A DNA stretch of 58,499 bases from Octopus sinensis (GCF_006345805.1 NW_021834932.1:1-58499), one strand, 5' to 3'. Positions 39,563 through 51,874 are shown, numbered from the stretch's first letter. A program made the numbers and translations. Notes: a model not told the origin generated them from the sequence alone.

Positions 39563-40345
39563 TGCGAGCTGGCAGAAACGTTAGCACGCCGAGCGGAATG
39601 CTTAGCGGAATCTCATCTGCCGCTACGTTCTGAGTTCAAATTCCGCCGAGGTCGACTTTGCCTTTCATCTTTTCAGGGTCAATTAAATAAGTACCAGTTA
39701 CGTACTGGGGTCGATATAATCGACTTAATCCGTTTGTCTGTCTTTGTTTGTCCTCTCTGTGTTTAGCCCCTTGTGGGTAGTAAAGAAATAGGTATTTCAT
39801 CTGCCGCTACGTTCTGAGTTCAAATTCCGCCGAGGTCGATTTTGCCTTTCATCCTTTCGGGGTCAATTAAATAAGTACCAGTTACGTACTGGGGTCGATA
39901 TAATCAACTTAATCCATTTATCTGTCCTTGTTTGTCCCCTCTGTGTTTAGCCCCTTGTGGGTAGTAAACAAATAGGTATTTCATCTGTATTTATGTTCTG
40001 AGTTCAAATTCCGCCGAGGTCGACTTTGCCTTTCATCCTTTCGGGGTCGATTAAATAAGTACCAGTTACGTACTGGGGTCGAAATAATCGACTTAATCCA
40101 TTTATCTGTCCTTGTTTGTCCCCTCTGTGTTTAGCCCCTTGTGGGTAGTAAAGAAATAGGTATTTCATCTGCCGCTACGTTCTGAGTTCAAATTCCGCCG
40201 AGGTCGATTTTGCCTTTCATCCTTTCGGGGTCAATTAAATAAGTACCAGTTACGTACTGGGGTCGATGTAATCGACTTAATCCGTTTGTCTGTCCTTGTT
40301 TGTCCTCTCTGTGTTTAGCCCCTTGTGGGTAGTAAAGAAATAGGT
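39563..40345 (+). mobile_element. Family B SINE as a head plus four 184-bp tandem units
   Basis: tcatctg unit starts at 39613, 39797, 39981 and 40165. Confidence 0.95.
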
Positions 40346-41471
40346 GCAGAGACAGGTGTATCTAAGATTACAATACTAAGTTTCTATAAACAAGCATGTG
40401 CGTTTTCTCCAATGATTTGATAAGCGGTGCCGAGTTTTACAGTTCTATAAAGGATATTTTATAAGCTTAAAGCTTATTGGCAACCACTGCGTATTGATTA
40501 AAGAAAGTAGTCTAATACTGGGGCATATAAGCCCTCGACAGAAAAAGTAGGGGTTTCCGTATGCATGGGACGCAAACCCACAGTTCTTTCTTTTTTGCGA
40601 CAAGTTTGTTACCATTGCACCAACATATCCATGGCTTTTTATCATCAGATTTAGGAACCATAATTAGCTCAGCGCTTTTGTAAACTAACATGGTGTGTTT
40701 TCTGTGATGGTTTTTGGTAAGGAGTGTTGATTTTTACGGTTTTGTAATTGATGTTTCATAAGCTTAAAGCTTATTAGCAATTAACCACTTGATGACTAAA
40801 GAAAATAGTCTCTAATATTGGGGCATATAAGCACTTGTCAAAAAAAGTAGGATTTCCACACGCATGGGACTTGAACCTTCATCTTTTTGTTTTTGTGACA
40901 AGTGTGCTACCATTACAGCAACATACCCACTCCCCTCTTCCCATCAGATTTAGGCATAAGGTCAGAAATTTTGAGGGAAAGGGTCAAGTTAATACCTATT
41001 TCTTTACTACCCACAAGGGGCTAAACACAGAGGGGATGAACAAGGACAAATGGATTAAGTCGCACCAAACTCCAATCTTGATCTGGCAGAGTTTCTACAG
41101 TTGGATGTCCTTCCTTCCTAACACCAACCACTCTGAAAGTGTAGTGGGTGCTTTTATGTGCCACCGGCATGAGGGCCAGTCAGGCGGTACTGACAACGGC
41201 CACACTCAAATGGTATTTTTTTACATGCCACCTGCACAGGAACCAGTCCAGCAGCACTGGCAATGACCTCGATCGAATGTTTTTTCACGTGCCAGTAAGG
41301 CAACGCTGATATTATTATTATCATCATTATTATTATTATAGTCACTGCTTGGAATCGAACTTGGAATCTTGGGGTTAGTAGCTCACGCTCTTAACCACTA
41401 CACCAAGTGGTAATAATAATAATAATGAAAAATACCTTAGGAATGAGAACCCAGGTTCAAAATTTCCCCAA

Positions 41472-41517
41472 GACACCTGATGAAGGCTGGAGGGTATATC
41501 AACCGAAACGTTGTGTT
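41472..41517 (+). ncRNA. Minimal type-I hammerhead ribozyme motif (PLE-type, palindromic helix III)
   Basis: GACAC CTGATGA A GGCTGG agggtata TCAACC GAA ACGT T GTGTT: core intact, helix I 5 bp, helix II with one mismatch. Confidence 0.7.
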
Positions 41518-42124
41518 AACAACAAACAAGACAACAAATATCCGTCAAATGTAAATAACGTCCATACTTGTTTTCAGACTTTTACTGAGCCCTTGTTCCA
41601 CTCCATACCCACTTGGGCATGCCCTAACCATTCATCTCTCCTCTTTCCATACCCTTATGCCCCATGCTTATTACTGCACCCTATCCTTTATTCCCAGAAA
41701 GTTGCCCACCCCCGCACAAATTTTGTTCCTGCTCATATCTTTCTTATAGGGGTTAATATATAAAAAGGTCAACAGGTGCATTGTTAGAATTCAATTTCAT
41801 CAGTCTGGCAGGGCCTGAAGAGATTAGGGTCCATGCGGCTTCCATCAGATCCACCAAATAAAATACATATACAGAAATAAATGCGTGTTTATATGTGTGC
41901 GTATACATATGCATATGTATGTGTGTGTATACATATATACACACACATATTCATATATGTGTGTGTGTGTGTGTGTGTGTATGTGTGTATACACACAAAT
42001 ATATATGTATACACATGTATGCATGTGTGTGTGCACGTATGTATGTATATATGTATCTGCATATTTATGTGTGTGTGTGTGTGTATATATGTATACGTAT
42101 ACATATATATATATACACACACAC

Positions 42125-42428
42125 ACGTATACATACGTATATGTATGAAAATATGTGTCCAGAAATATATATATACGCACATACACACACACGTATACAT
42201 ACGTATATGTATGAAAATATGTGTCCAGAAATATATATATACACACATACATACACACGTATACATACGTATATGTATGAAAATATGTGTCCAGAAATAT
42301 ATATATACACACATACACACACACGTATACATACGTATATGTATGAAAATATGTGTCCAGAAATATATATATACACACATACACACACACGTATACATAC
42401 GTATATGTATGAAAATGTGTGTCCAGAA

Positions 42429-42430
<2 letters not shown>
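42125..42430. repeat. 66-bp tandem repeat, ~5 copies
   Basis: acgtatacatacg units start at 42125, 42191, 42257, 42323 and 42389. Confidence 0.95.
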
Positions 42431-42464
<34 letters not shown>

Positions 42465-42822
42465 TTGTACAGATGTATGTGTGTGTGTGTCTGTGTGCAT
42501 ATATCTGTAATACGGTTCATTTGATTAACTATTGCACACACATTTCCATGGTGGATTCATTAATTATTTATGAACATGTAATTAATCAATCCATTATTGA
42601 AATCTAAGTGCAATAGTCATTTAAATAAATCCTTTTAAATATTATTGTATAGAACTTCTATCATGGGAACTGATTAATTACTAAGTAAAAATGTTTTTCC
42701 CAAAATCAAGATCTTTCCTATAATGAGTTTCCAGGCTGGAGAGGTTTTCTTTTTAAAACGCATTTTTTAAAACAGGAGTGGCTGTGTGGTAAGTAGCTTG
42801 CTTACCAACCACATGGTTCTTG

Positions 42823-44651
42823 ATTCAGTCCCACTGCATCGCACCTTGGGCTAGTGTCATTCAGTCCCACTACATAGCACCTTGGGCAAGTGTCATTCAG
42901 TCCCACTGCATGGCACCTTGGGCAAGTGTCATTCAGTCCCACTACATGGCACCTTGGGCAAGTGTCATTCAGTCCCACTGCATGGCACCTTGGGCAAGTG
43001 TCATTCAGTCCCACTACATAGCACCTTAGGCTAGTGTCATTCAGTCCCACTGCATGGCACCTTGGGCTAGTGTCATTCAGTCCCACTACATAGCACCTTA
43101 GGCTAGTGTCATTCAGTCCCACTGCATGGCACCTTGGGCAAGTGTCATTCAGTCCCACTGCATGGCACCTTGGGCAAGTGCCATTCAGTCCCACTACATA
43201 GCACCTTGGGCAAGTGTCATTCAGTCCCACTGCATGGCACCTTGGGCAAGTGTATTCAGTCCCACTACATAGCACCTAGGCTAGTGTCATTCAGTCCCAC
43301 TACATAGCACCTTAGGCTAGTGTCATTCAGTCCCACTGCATGGCACCTTGGCAAGTGTCATTCAGTCCCACTGCATGGCACCTGGGCAAGTGTCATTCAG
43401 TCCCACTGCATGGCACTTGGGCAAGTGCCATTCAGTCCCACTACATAGCACCTTAGGCTAGTGTCATTCAGTCCCACTGCATGGCACCTTGGGCTAGTGT
43501 CATTCAGTCCCACTACATAGCACCTTAGGCTAGTGTCATTCAGTCCCACTGCATGGCACCTTGGGCAAGTGTCATTCAGTCCCACTGCATGGCACCTTGG
43601 GCAAGTGTCATTCAGTCCCACTGCATGGCACCTTGGGCAAGTGTCATTCAGTCCCACTACATAGCACCTTGGGCAAGTGTCATTCAGTCCCACTACGTGG
43701 CACCTTGGGCAAGTGTCATTCAGTCCCACTGCATGGCACCTTGGGCAAGTGTCATTCAGTCCCACTGCATGGCACCTTGGGCAAGTGCCATTCAGTCCCA
43801 CTACATAGCACCTTAGGCTAGTGTCATTCAGTCCCACTGCATGGCACCTTGGGCAAGTGTCATTCAGTCCCACTACATAGCACCTTAGGCTAGTGTCATT
43901 CAGTCCCACTGCATGGCACCTTGGGCAAGTGTCATTCAGTCCCACTACATAGCACCTTAGGCTAGTGTCATTCAGTCCCACTGCATGGCACCTTGGGCAA
44001 GTGTCATTCAGTCCCACTGCATGGCACCTTGGGCAAGTGCCATTCAGTCCCACTACATAGCACCTTAGGCTAGTGTCATTCAGTCCCACTGCATGGCACC
44101 TTGGGCTAGTGTCATTCAGTCCCACTACATAGCACCTTAGGCTAGTGTCATTCAGTCCCACTGCATGGCACCTTGGGCTAGTGTCATTCAGTCCCACTAC
44201 ATAGCACCTTAGGCTAGTGTCATTCAGTCCCACTGCATGGCACCTTGGGCAAGTGTCATTCAGTCCCACTGCATGGCACCTTGGGCTAGTGTCATTCAGT
44301 CCCACTACATAGCACTTAGGCTAGTGTCATTCAGTCCACTGCATGGCACCTTGGGCAAGTGTCATTCAGTCCCACTGCATGGCACCTTGGGCAAGTGCCA
44401 TTCAGTCCCACTACATAGCACCTTAGGCTAGTGTCATTCAGTCCCACTGCATGGCACCTTGGGCAAGTGTCATTCAGTCCCACTACGTGGCACCTTGGGC
44501 AAGTGTCATTCAGTCCCACTGCATGGCACCTTGGGCAAGTGTCATTCAGTCCCACTGCATGGCACCTTGGGCAAGTGTCATTCAGTCCCACTACGTGGCA
44601 CCTTGGGCAAGTGTCATTCAGTCCCACTGCATGGCACCTTGGGCAAGTGTC
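42823..44651 (+). repeat. 36-bp minisatellite, ~50 copies, inside a family A SINE (42774-44830)
   Basis: Unit attcagtcccactgcatggcaccttgggcaagtgtc; SINE head before and SINE body after. Confidence 0.97.
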
Positions 44652-46035
44652 TTCTACTATAGCCTCAGGCCAACCAAAGCCTTGTGAGTGGATTTGGTAG
44701 ACGGAAACTGAAAGAAGCCCATCATATATATGTATATATGTTTGTGTGTGTTTGTGTGTCTGTATTTGTCCCCCCAACATCGCTTGACAACCGATGCTGG
44801 TGTGTTTACGTCCCCATAACTTAGCAGTTATGGGAGCCAGGCAAGGGGCACTGGCCAAAGCTATGATTTTGGTTTTGGTTTTACTTGACTCAACAGGCCT
44901 ACTCAAGCATATCATATCGCCCAACACATCAAGGGTACTTTTAACTCAGATTTTGTTAGAACCCTTAGGGTCTAGCATGAATAGTGGGCCTACTACCTGC
45001 TGCCAACAGTACTGTGCTGTCCTTTTCACCTATCTAATACTTTCCTAGTGATTCTGGCAGTGCCAAGGAGGCAGGTCTTTTGTAACAGTTCTACTAGGCA
45101 CTCAATTACCATTTCCTTTATATTCCTCTTGATGCCTTTTGATACTGTCCCCCAAAGGACCCAACAACAATTGCCACTACCTTCACACTCTTCATTCTTC
45201 ATAGCCGGGCAATTTCGTATTCAAGAGAATTGTACATTATTACATTATTCCTTTTTAACTCAGATTTTGCGGCAATCTACGGTACCATGCTCTCTGTTCT
45301 TTTCAACTATCAAACACTTTCCTGATTATTCTGGCCGTGCCAAGAAGACAAAACCTTTTGTAACAATTCTATTTGATATTCTGTTCCCATTTCCTTTATA
45401 TATTTCCCTTGATGCTTTCTGACACTGTCCCCAAAGGACCCAACAATAACTGGCACTATCTTCACATTCTTTATTTTCCACAGTCAAGCCTTCTTATATT
45501 TAAGAGGATTGCATACATCTACTTTTTTGCTATTATCATCATTATTATCATTATTATCATTATTATTATTATTATTGCTGTTGTCATTGTTATAGCTGTA
45601 CAATGCCTCAGACTATTTAATACACTAGACAACAATGTCATTATTAAATTTCATATAACTCTGGTCTCTTGTTATAGATTTGCTTCAGTGACCAATTTGG
45701 TGCAGTGCCAGACACGTTCTCTCTCAGCAAAAACTTGTACAAACACTGTTTGGGTCACGCATCACCGACCACTGTGCTGTTTACGCCAATAACATCAAAA
45801 GCCAATAAATATATTTGCTCCATGTTTTGTCCTCCCCTGACTAGACGCTACATAAACAGCTCTTAGCCAGTGTCTATCATTCATCCATCCATCCGTCCGT
45901 CTGTCTGTCTGTCTGTCCATCCGTTCCAAGTTCGAATGAAGGGTAGTTTTATGGTGAAACATTGGTGGACGGCAACTGAAAAAAGCCCACCACATCTGTG
46001 TGCATGTGTGTGTGTGTGTGTGTATATATATAGAT

Positions 46036-46074
<39 letters not shown>

Positions 46075-46087
46075 GTATGTGTGTGTG

Positions 46088-46124
<37 letters not shown>

Positions 46125-46125
<1 letters not shown>

Positions 46126-46490
46126 TGGAGGCACAATGGCCCAGTGGTTAGGGTAGCGGACTCGCGATCGTAGGATCGCAGTTTCGATTCCCAGACCGGG
46201 CGTTGTGAGTGTTTATTGAGCGAAAACACCTAAAGCTCCACGAGGCTCCGGCAGGGATGGTGGTGATCCCTGCTGTACTCTTTCATCACAACTTTCTCTC
46301 ACTCTTACTTCCTGTTTCTGTTGTACCTGTATTTCAAAGGGCCGGCCTTGTCACTCTCTGTGTCACGCTGAATATCCCTGAGAACTATGTTAAGGGTACA
46401 CGTGTCTGTGGAGTGCTCAGCCACTTACACATTAATTTCACGAGCAGGCTGTTCCGACGATCAGATCAACCGGAACCCTCGTCGTCGTTA
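46125..46490 (+). mobile_element. Family C SINE, tail type 1
   Basis: Match to the 21495 copy. Confidence 0.9.
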
Positions 46491-47320
46491 AGCCATCATC
46501 GGATGATGGCTTACCTGGCGAAGACTTCAAACTCACAGTCAACATTCTTGTATAAGAATGTGTGTGTGTGTGTGTGTGTATGTACATATACACACATGGG
46601 TATGGCTATGTGGTGGGCGGTTTGCTTCTCAACCACAGTTCTAGGTTCCGTCCCACTGCATGGCACCTTGTGGAGGTGCTTTTTACTATGGCCTTGGGCC
46701 AACTGAAGCCTTGTGAGTGGATATTTCAATGGAAATGCGGCAACAAAAGGTCATCTCGGTCATCTTTTTTATCGTTTTAAAAAGTATCAAATGATGACCA
46801 AGATGATAAAGCCACGTCATGAGAAGGAAAGATAAATGATTGACCTTTAACCCCCTTGACACCAATATGACAAAAAAAAAAACACCACTCCTGGCTTCTA
46901 CGAGATAAACTTAGTGTTTTAAAGTGATCTAGAATTAAACTTTCCATTAAAATTTTATGTTTACCAGATAAATAACGAAGTTTTTTTAATCTTATTCTTT
47001 TACTTGGTTCAGTCATCTGACTACGGCCATGCTGGAGCACCACCTTTTTTAAGCACATTTTTTAAGCCAAGTACTTATTCTATTGGTCTCTTTTTGCCAA
47101 ACTGCTAAGTTACAGGGACGTAAACACACCAATAACGGGTGTCAAGCAGTGAAGGGGGACAAACACAGACACAAAGAAACACACACACGTGTGTGTGTGT
47201 GTATGTATATATATATATATATATACAACCGGAGAATTTACAAAAAACCGTTAGATGATGAAGACGAGTGTGTAAACAACAAACAGATGTATTAGTTTAA
47301 TACGCGGGAAGTGAGAAAGT

Positions 47321-47356
47321 CTTTTACGTTTCGAGCCTACGCTCTTCGACAGAAAG
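47321..47356 (-). ncRNA. Minimal hammerhead-like motif with variant core CUGUCGA
   Basis: CTTT CTGTCGA A GAGC gtag GCTC GAA ACGT A AAAG; all helices intact. Confidence 0.6.
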
Positions 47357-47449
47357 GAACACAGAAATAAACAGGGAGAGAAAATAGAAAAAGGTTTAGT
47401 GGCTAGCGAACTATCATGGCGATATATATTATATATATACAAATATATC

Positions 47450-47760
47450 ACCGTGATCACCGTGACCGACCAGGCTATCAGATGCTGCTACACGTTGCTG
47501 GTCACAATGCGTTTCGCATTGTTTTAGCCTTCAAATGACACCACCCCGCTGGCTAAGCGAGCAGGCCAACAAAAGAAAGAGTGAGAGAAAGTTGTGGCGA
47601 TAGAGTACAGCAGGGATCGCCACCACCCCCTGCTGGAGCCGCGTGGAGCTTTAGGTGTTTTCGCTCAATAAACACTCACAACGCCCGGTCTGGGAATCGA
47701 AACCGCGATCCTACAACTGCGAGTCTGCTGCCCTAACCACTGGGCCATTGTGCCTCCACA
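47450..47760 (-). mobile_element. Family C SINE, tail type 2, nested in a family A SINE
   Basis: Host halves at 46990-47180 and 47780-47860. Confidence 0.85.
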
Positions 47761-48256
47761 TATACATACATATATATAAACTTGCCCAAAGTGCCATGCA
47801 GTGGGACTGAACCCACAACCATGTGGTTGGGAAGCAAGCTTCTTTGCCACACTGCCATACCTAGCTAAATTCTTGATTTGAACTCAGAACATAATGGCAG
47901 ACGAAATACTAAGCATTTCACCCAGCATGCTAATGATACTGCCAGCTCAATACCAAAAAAAAAAATAATAATAATAATACCACAATATTTTTCCAGCTTT
48001 CTCTTTTAATATGTAATTAATTATTCCGCAATAAATATTTTCCAGTATTTAACAGAATTCTCCAGTGTTTTCAACTCTCATACAGATCACCATCATTGGA
48101 TTTATGTTAGAGAACTGCAATAACTAAAATATGCAGACCTGCTTCATGAGGACACACCTTGGATTATAACCCTGTCTACATGTTAACTTGACAATACATG
48201 ATCATGTGTATTTGACACTGGCACCAGATGATTTGTTTTTTGGGTTTTTTTACATG

Positions 48257-48632
48257 ACGCAGGAGTGGCTGTGTGGTAAGTAGCTTGCTTACCACCCACT
48301 GTGTGGCACCTTGGGCAAGTGTCTTCTGCTATAGACTCATGCTGACCAAAGCCTTGTGAGTGGATTTGGTAGACGGAAACTGAAAGAAGCCCGTTGTGTA
48401 TAACATATATATATATGTATATGTGTGTGTATGTTTGTGTGTCTGTGTTTATCCCCCCAACATCGCTTGACAACCGATGCTGGTGTGTTTGCGTCCCAGT
48501 AACTTAGCAGTTCGGCAAAAGAGACCGATAGAATAAGTACTAGGCTTACAAAGACTAAGTCCTGGGGTCCATTTGCTCGACTAAAGGCGGTGCTCCAGCA
48601 TGGCCGCAGTCAAATGACAAACAAGTAAAATA
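48257..48632 (+). mobile_element. Family A SINE
   Basis: Full copy with a small head deletion. Confidence 0.9.
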
Positions 48633-48779
48633 GTATGGCACCATCACCAAGGCTTTTTACATGGCACCTGTATGTGCATAGATATATCATGCAATGTATT
48701 TGTAGGACAGTTAATATTTGTAGGACAGTTAAGCCATTAGAGTATTAGTTAATGTAAAACAGGTCTCTAGTGAGAGTAG

Positions 48780-48831
<52 letters not shown>

Positions 48832-48944
48832 TATAATATATTACCTATATATAAAAATACTTGCATGCAGACATGAGACCGAGTGTGTATCGTTGGTGAT
48901 TTTTTTCCTCCGCCTTCCCTTCCTTGGATCTTTCCTTTTTCTAC

Positions 48945-48979
48945 GTTTCTGATGAAGAGCTCCGCTCGAAACATTAAAT
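48945..48979 (+). ncRNA. Minimal hammerhead motif in a PLE-associated repeat (48870-49082)
   Basis: GTTT CTGATGA A GAGC tcc GCTC GAA ACAT T AAAT; helix III has a probable CpG-decay change. Confidence 0.6.
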
Positions 48980-49086
48980 CCTCCTTCTTCCTTTCCTTTC
49001 CTGAGCGTCCAATAAACTTTATTTGTTCCACGTCCTCGCATTGTTGTGTTATCTCTTTGTGTTTTCAAGTTTGGATTAACTTTATA

Positions 49087-49144
<58 letters not shown>

Positions 49145-49392
49145 TTGCGCAGGTCTATGTGTGTAAATGCGTAACTTTGTGTAAAATTTATTGGTTAAAT
49201 TTGGAGACGCCCCACACTTACAATGTTTCCATTGTCATATCAAAAAGAAGAATTATGATAAAGAAGAAAAAGACAAAGCCCACCCCCACACGTACTTCTG
49301 TGTGTGTGGGTGTGTGAGTGCAGTTTTCTTAAGATAGAAAATACAGGTGAAAATGCGTCACAATAGTAAAAGGGTTAAGGTGGTATTATGAC

Positions 49393-49780
49393 TCTCTTTA
49401 CCTGTTTCAGTCATTTGATTATGGCCATGCTGGAGCACTGCCTTTAGTCGAGCAAATCGACACCAGGACTTATTCTTTGTAAGCCTAGTACTTATTCTAT
49501 CGGTCTCTTTTGCCGAACCACTAAGTTACGTGGATGTAAACAAACCAGCACCGGTTGTCAAGCGATGTTGCTGGGACAAGCACAGACACAAACACATACA
49601 TACATATACAAATATACGACAGGCTTCTTTCAGTTTCTGTCTACCAAATCCACTCACAAGGCTTTGGTCGGCCCGAGGCTATAGTAGAAGACACTTGCCC
49701 AAAGTGTCACGCAGTGGGACTGAACCTGGAACCATGTGGTTGGGAAGCAAGCTTCTTACCGCACAGCCACTCCTGCGCCT
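49393..49780 (-). mobile_element. Family A SINE
   Basis: Full reverse copy. Confidence 0.9.
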
Positions 49781-50134
49781 AATGACATAAATAAAAAGAG
49801 TGATGAATGGTTGATTGATATTATTACTTTTATTGAGCTGGCAGAAATGCTAGAATGGCATGAAAATGTCTGGCAATATTCCTTCCAGCTCTTGAAGGTG
49901 GTAAGCTGACAGAATCGTTAGCATGTCAGACAAAATGCTCCATGGCAGTTCAAACGTCTTTATGTTCAGAGTTCAAATTCTGCCAATTTCAACTGCCTTT
50001 GATCCTCTCGGGGTCAATAAAATAAGTACCAGTCGAGCATTGGGGTCAATGTAATTGACTTACCCCTTCTCCCCGAAATTGCTGGCCTAGTGCCAAAATT
50101 TGAAATCATTATTATCATTATTATCCTCATTAGT

Positions 50135-50362
50135 GGTGAGCTGGCAGAATCGTTAGCACGCTGGACAAAATGCTTAGCAATATTTTGCCCGTCACTACGT
50201 TCTGAGTTCAAATTCCGCCAAGGTCAACTTTGCCTGTCATCCTTTCAGTGTCGATTAAATAAATACCAGTTACGTAATGGGGTTGTTGTAATCGACAATC
50301 CCCTTGTCTCTCCTTGTTTTCCCCCTCTATGTTTAGCCCCCTGTGGGCAATAAAGAAATAAG
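50135..50362 (+). mobile_element. Family B SINE (an older related copy lies at 49835-50105)
   Basis: ggtgagctggcagaatcgttagc head through gggcaataaagaaata tail. Confidence 0.85.
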
Positions 50363-51225
50363 TTATTATTAAGGTGGCGAACTGGCAAAATCACTAGCAA
50401 GCTGGATGACTTAAAACAGTCAGACTTTGAATGGAAGTTTGAATGAAAATTTGGTTTTCACCATAAAACAGATATTACTAGGTTTGTACAACTCCTTTGA
50501 AACCCAACTACACTGAGAAAATTAAAAATACATTGCATGTATCAAAGTTATTTTTATATGAAATGAAAGCTGAAAGATTCTTTTATACATTTCAGCCCTG
50601 ATGCTGTGGCCATGCTGGGGCCCCACCAGTGAGAAGATACTGTGTAAAACTTATTCATATCCAAGAATCTCAAGTATTTAAATTTTCCTTCCTATTTTAT
50701 TTTCCGTGTTTTTACGGAAAAAAATCTCCAAAATTGACACTGACCCTCTTTCTATCAATATTTAAAAATCTATTAAAAATCAAAAACAAATTGGTAAAGC
50801 TTTATCAAAACAGAAACTACTAATTTGGTGTTTTGCAGACAGGATTATAAACAAATATTACTTTTTTCTGAAAAAGCAGTGAAAGAAATAACTTTTTTCA
50901 AAAGAGTGGGGGAGGCCCCATTTTTGCTATCAGTCGGTGTCGAGAAGGTCAAAAGGAATTACTTTCATCAGACATTGGCTTATCAGTTACCGACCTTCTC
51001 TACCCACTCACTTGTCAACACCTGTGTGGACAAGGGAGAGAAATCAAGTTAAGCCTTGCAGAACCAAACAATATCTTAATTTTTTTGCAGAAGCACCATG
51101 ACTACCATCCAGTTGGGTTTTATTTTTCCCAGGCAACGGTAATAATAAAAATTCAGGAAAGTGATAATATAAAATTAACTGGTTCATAACTTTGTTGAAT
51201 CAATTTTCCCGATACCCTTATCAAT

Positions 51226-51359
51226 ATGGCAAGCGGTTATAAAAATCCTTAAAAGAAAAAGAAATGCTAAAGAACATGCTATGTTTGAAGAAAAATGGAC
51301 TGAGCTTTATGTTTTTCATTGAAATACGTAACAAGTGCATTTGTCTTATTTGCAACAAA

Positions 51360-51362
<3 letters not shown>
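51226..51362 (+). pseudogene. hAT (Charlie/SPIN-like) transposase N-terminal fragment
   Basis: LKRKRNAKEHAMFEEKWTELY / frameshift / FIEIRNKCICLICNK resembles the KRK..F.EKWT..YFF.E...K.VCLIC BED-finger start. Confidence 0.65.
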
Positions 51363-51395
<33 letters not shown>

Positions 51396-51426
51396 TTTGT
51401 CTTATTTGCAACAAACGCATATTATA

Positions 51427-51470
<44 letters not shown>

Positions 51471-51552
51471 ATAATAAATATTAGGGAATAAATCCAAATT
51501 TACAGGGAAAAAATCAGATTTAGGATTAAATCCAATTTTATAGTAAAATATT

Positions 51553-51845
51553 ATATAATATTAATTCGAGACAAAACCACTATTTTGCAAAACAAACAAG
51601 GAAAGACTTAATCAATACATAAAATTTTAATAAAAAGTAAAAAAAAACGCCACTACAATCGTTTCATGACTTCATAAATTAAAACAGATTAGGAGATCGA
51701 AAATCCCCCTGACGAATGTCATTGAAGACATGAAACGATTGTAGTGGCGGTTTATTTCCTTATATTAAAAATTTTTATGTATTGATTAAGTCTTTCCTTG
51801 TTTGTTTTGCAAAATAGTGGTTTTGTCTCGAATTAATATTATATA
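51553..51845. repeat. Fold-back inverted repeat (~122-bp arms) with hammerhead motif
   Basis: Arms 51553-51674 and 51723-51845; motif at 51705-51747. Confidence 0.9.
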
Positions 51846-51874
51846 TATATATATAGATATATATATATATATAT

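Noticed and set aside
42823-44651. CRISPR-like appearance of the 36-bp repeats (also the 39-bp array)
   Set aside because: No spacers, direct tandem units, eukaryotic context and no cas genes.
42802-44927. Cys-rich repeat proteins (TCPRCHAVGLND)n
   Set aside because: A reading frame through the 36-bp SINE-derived minisatellite; broken by indels, no gene context.
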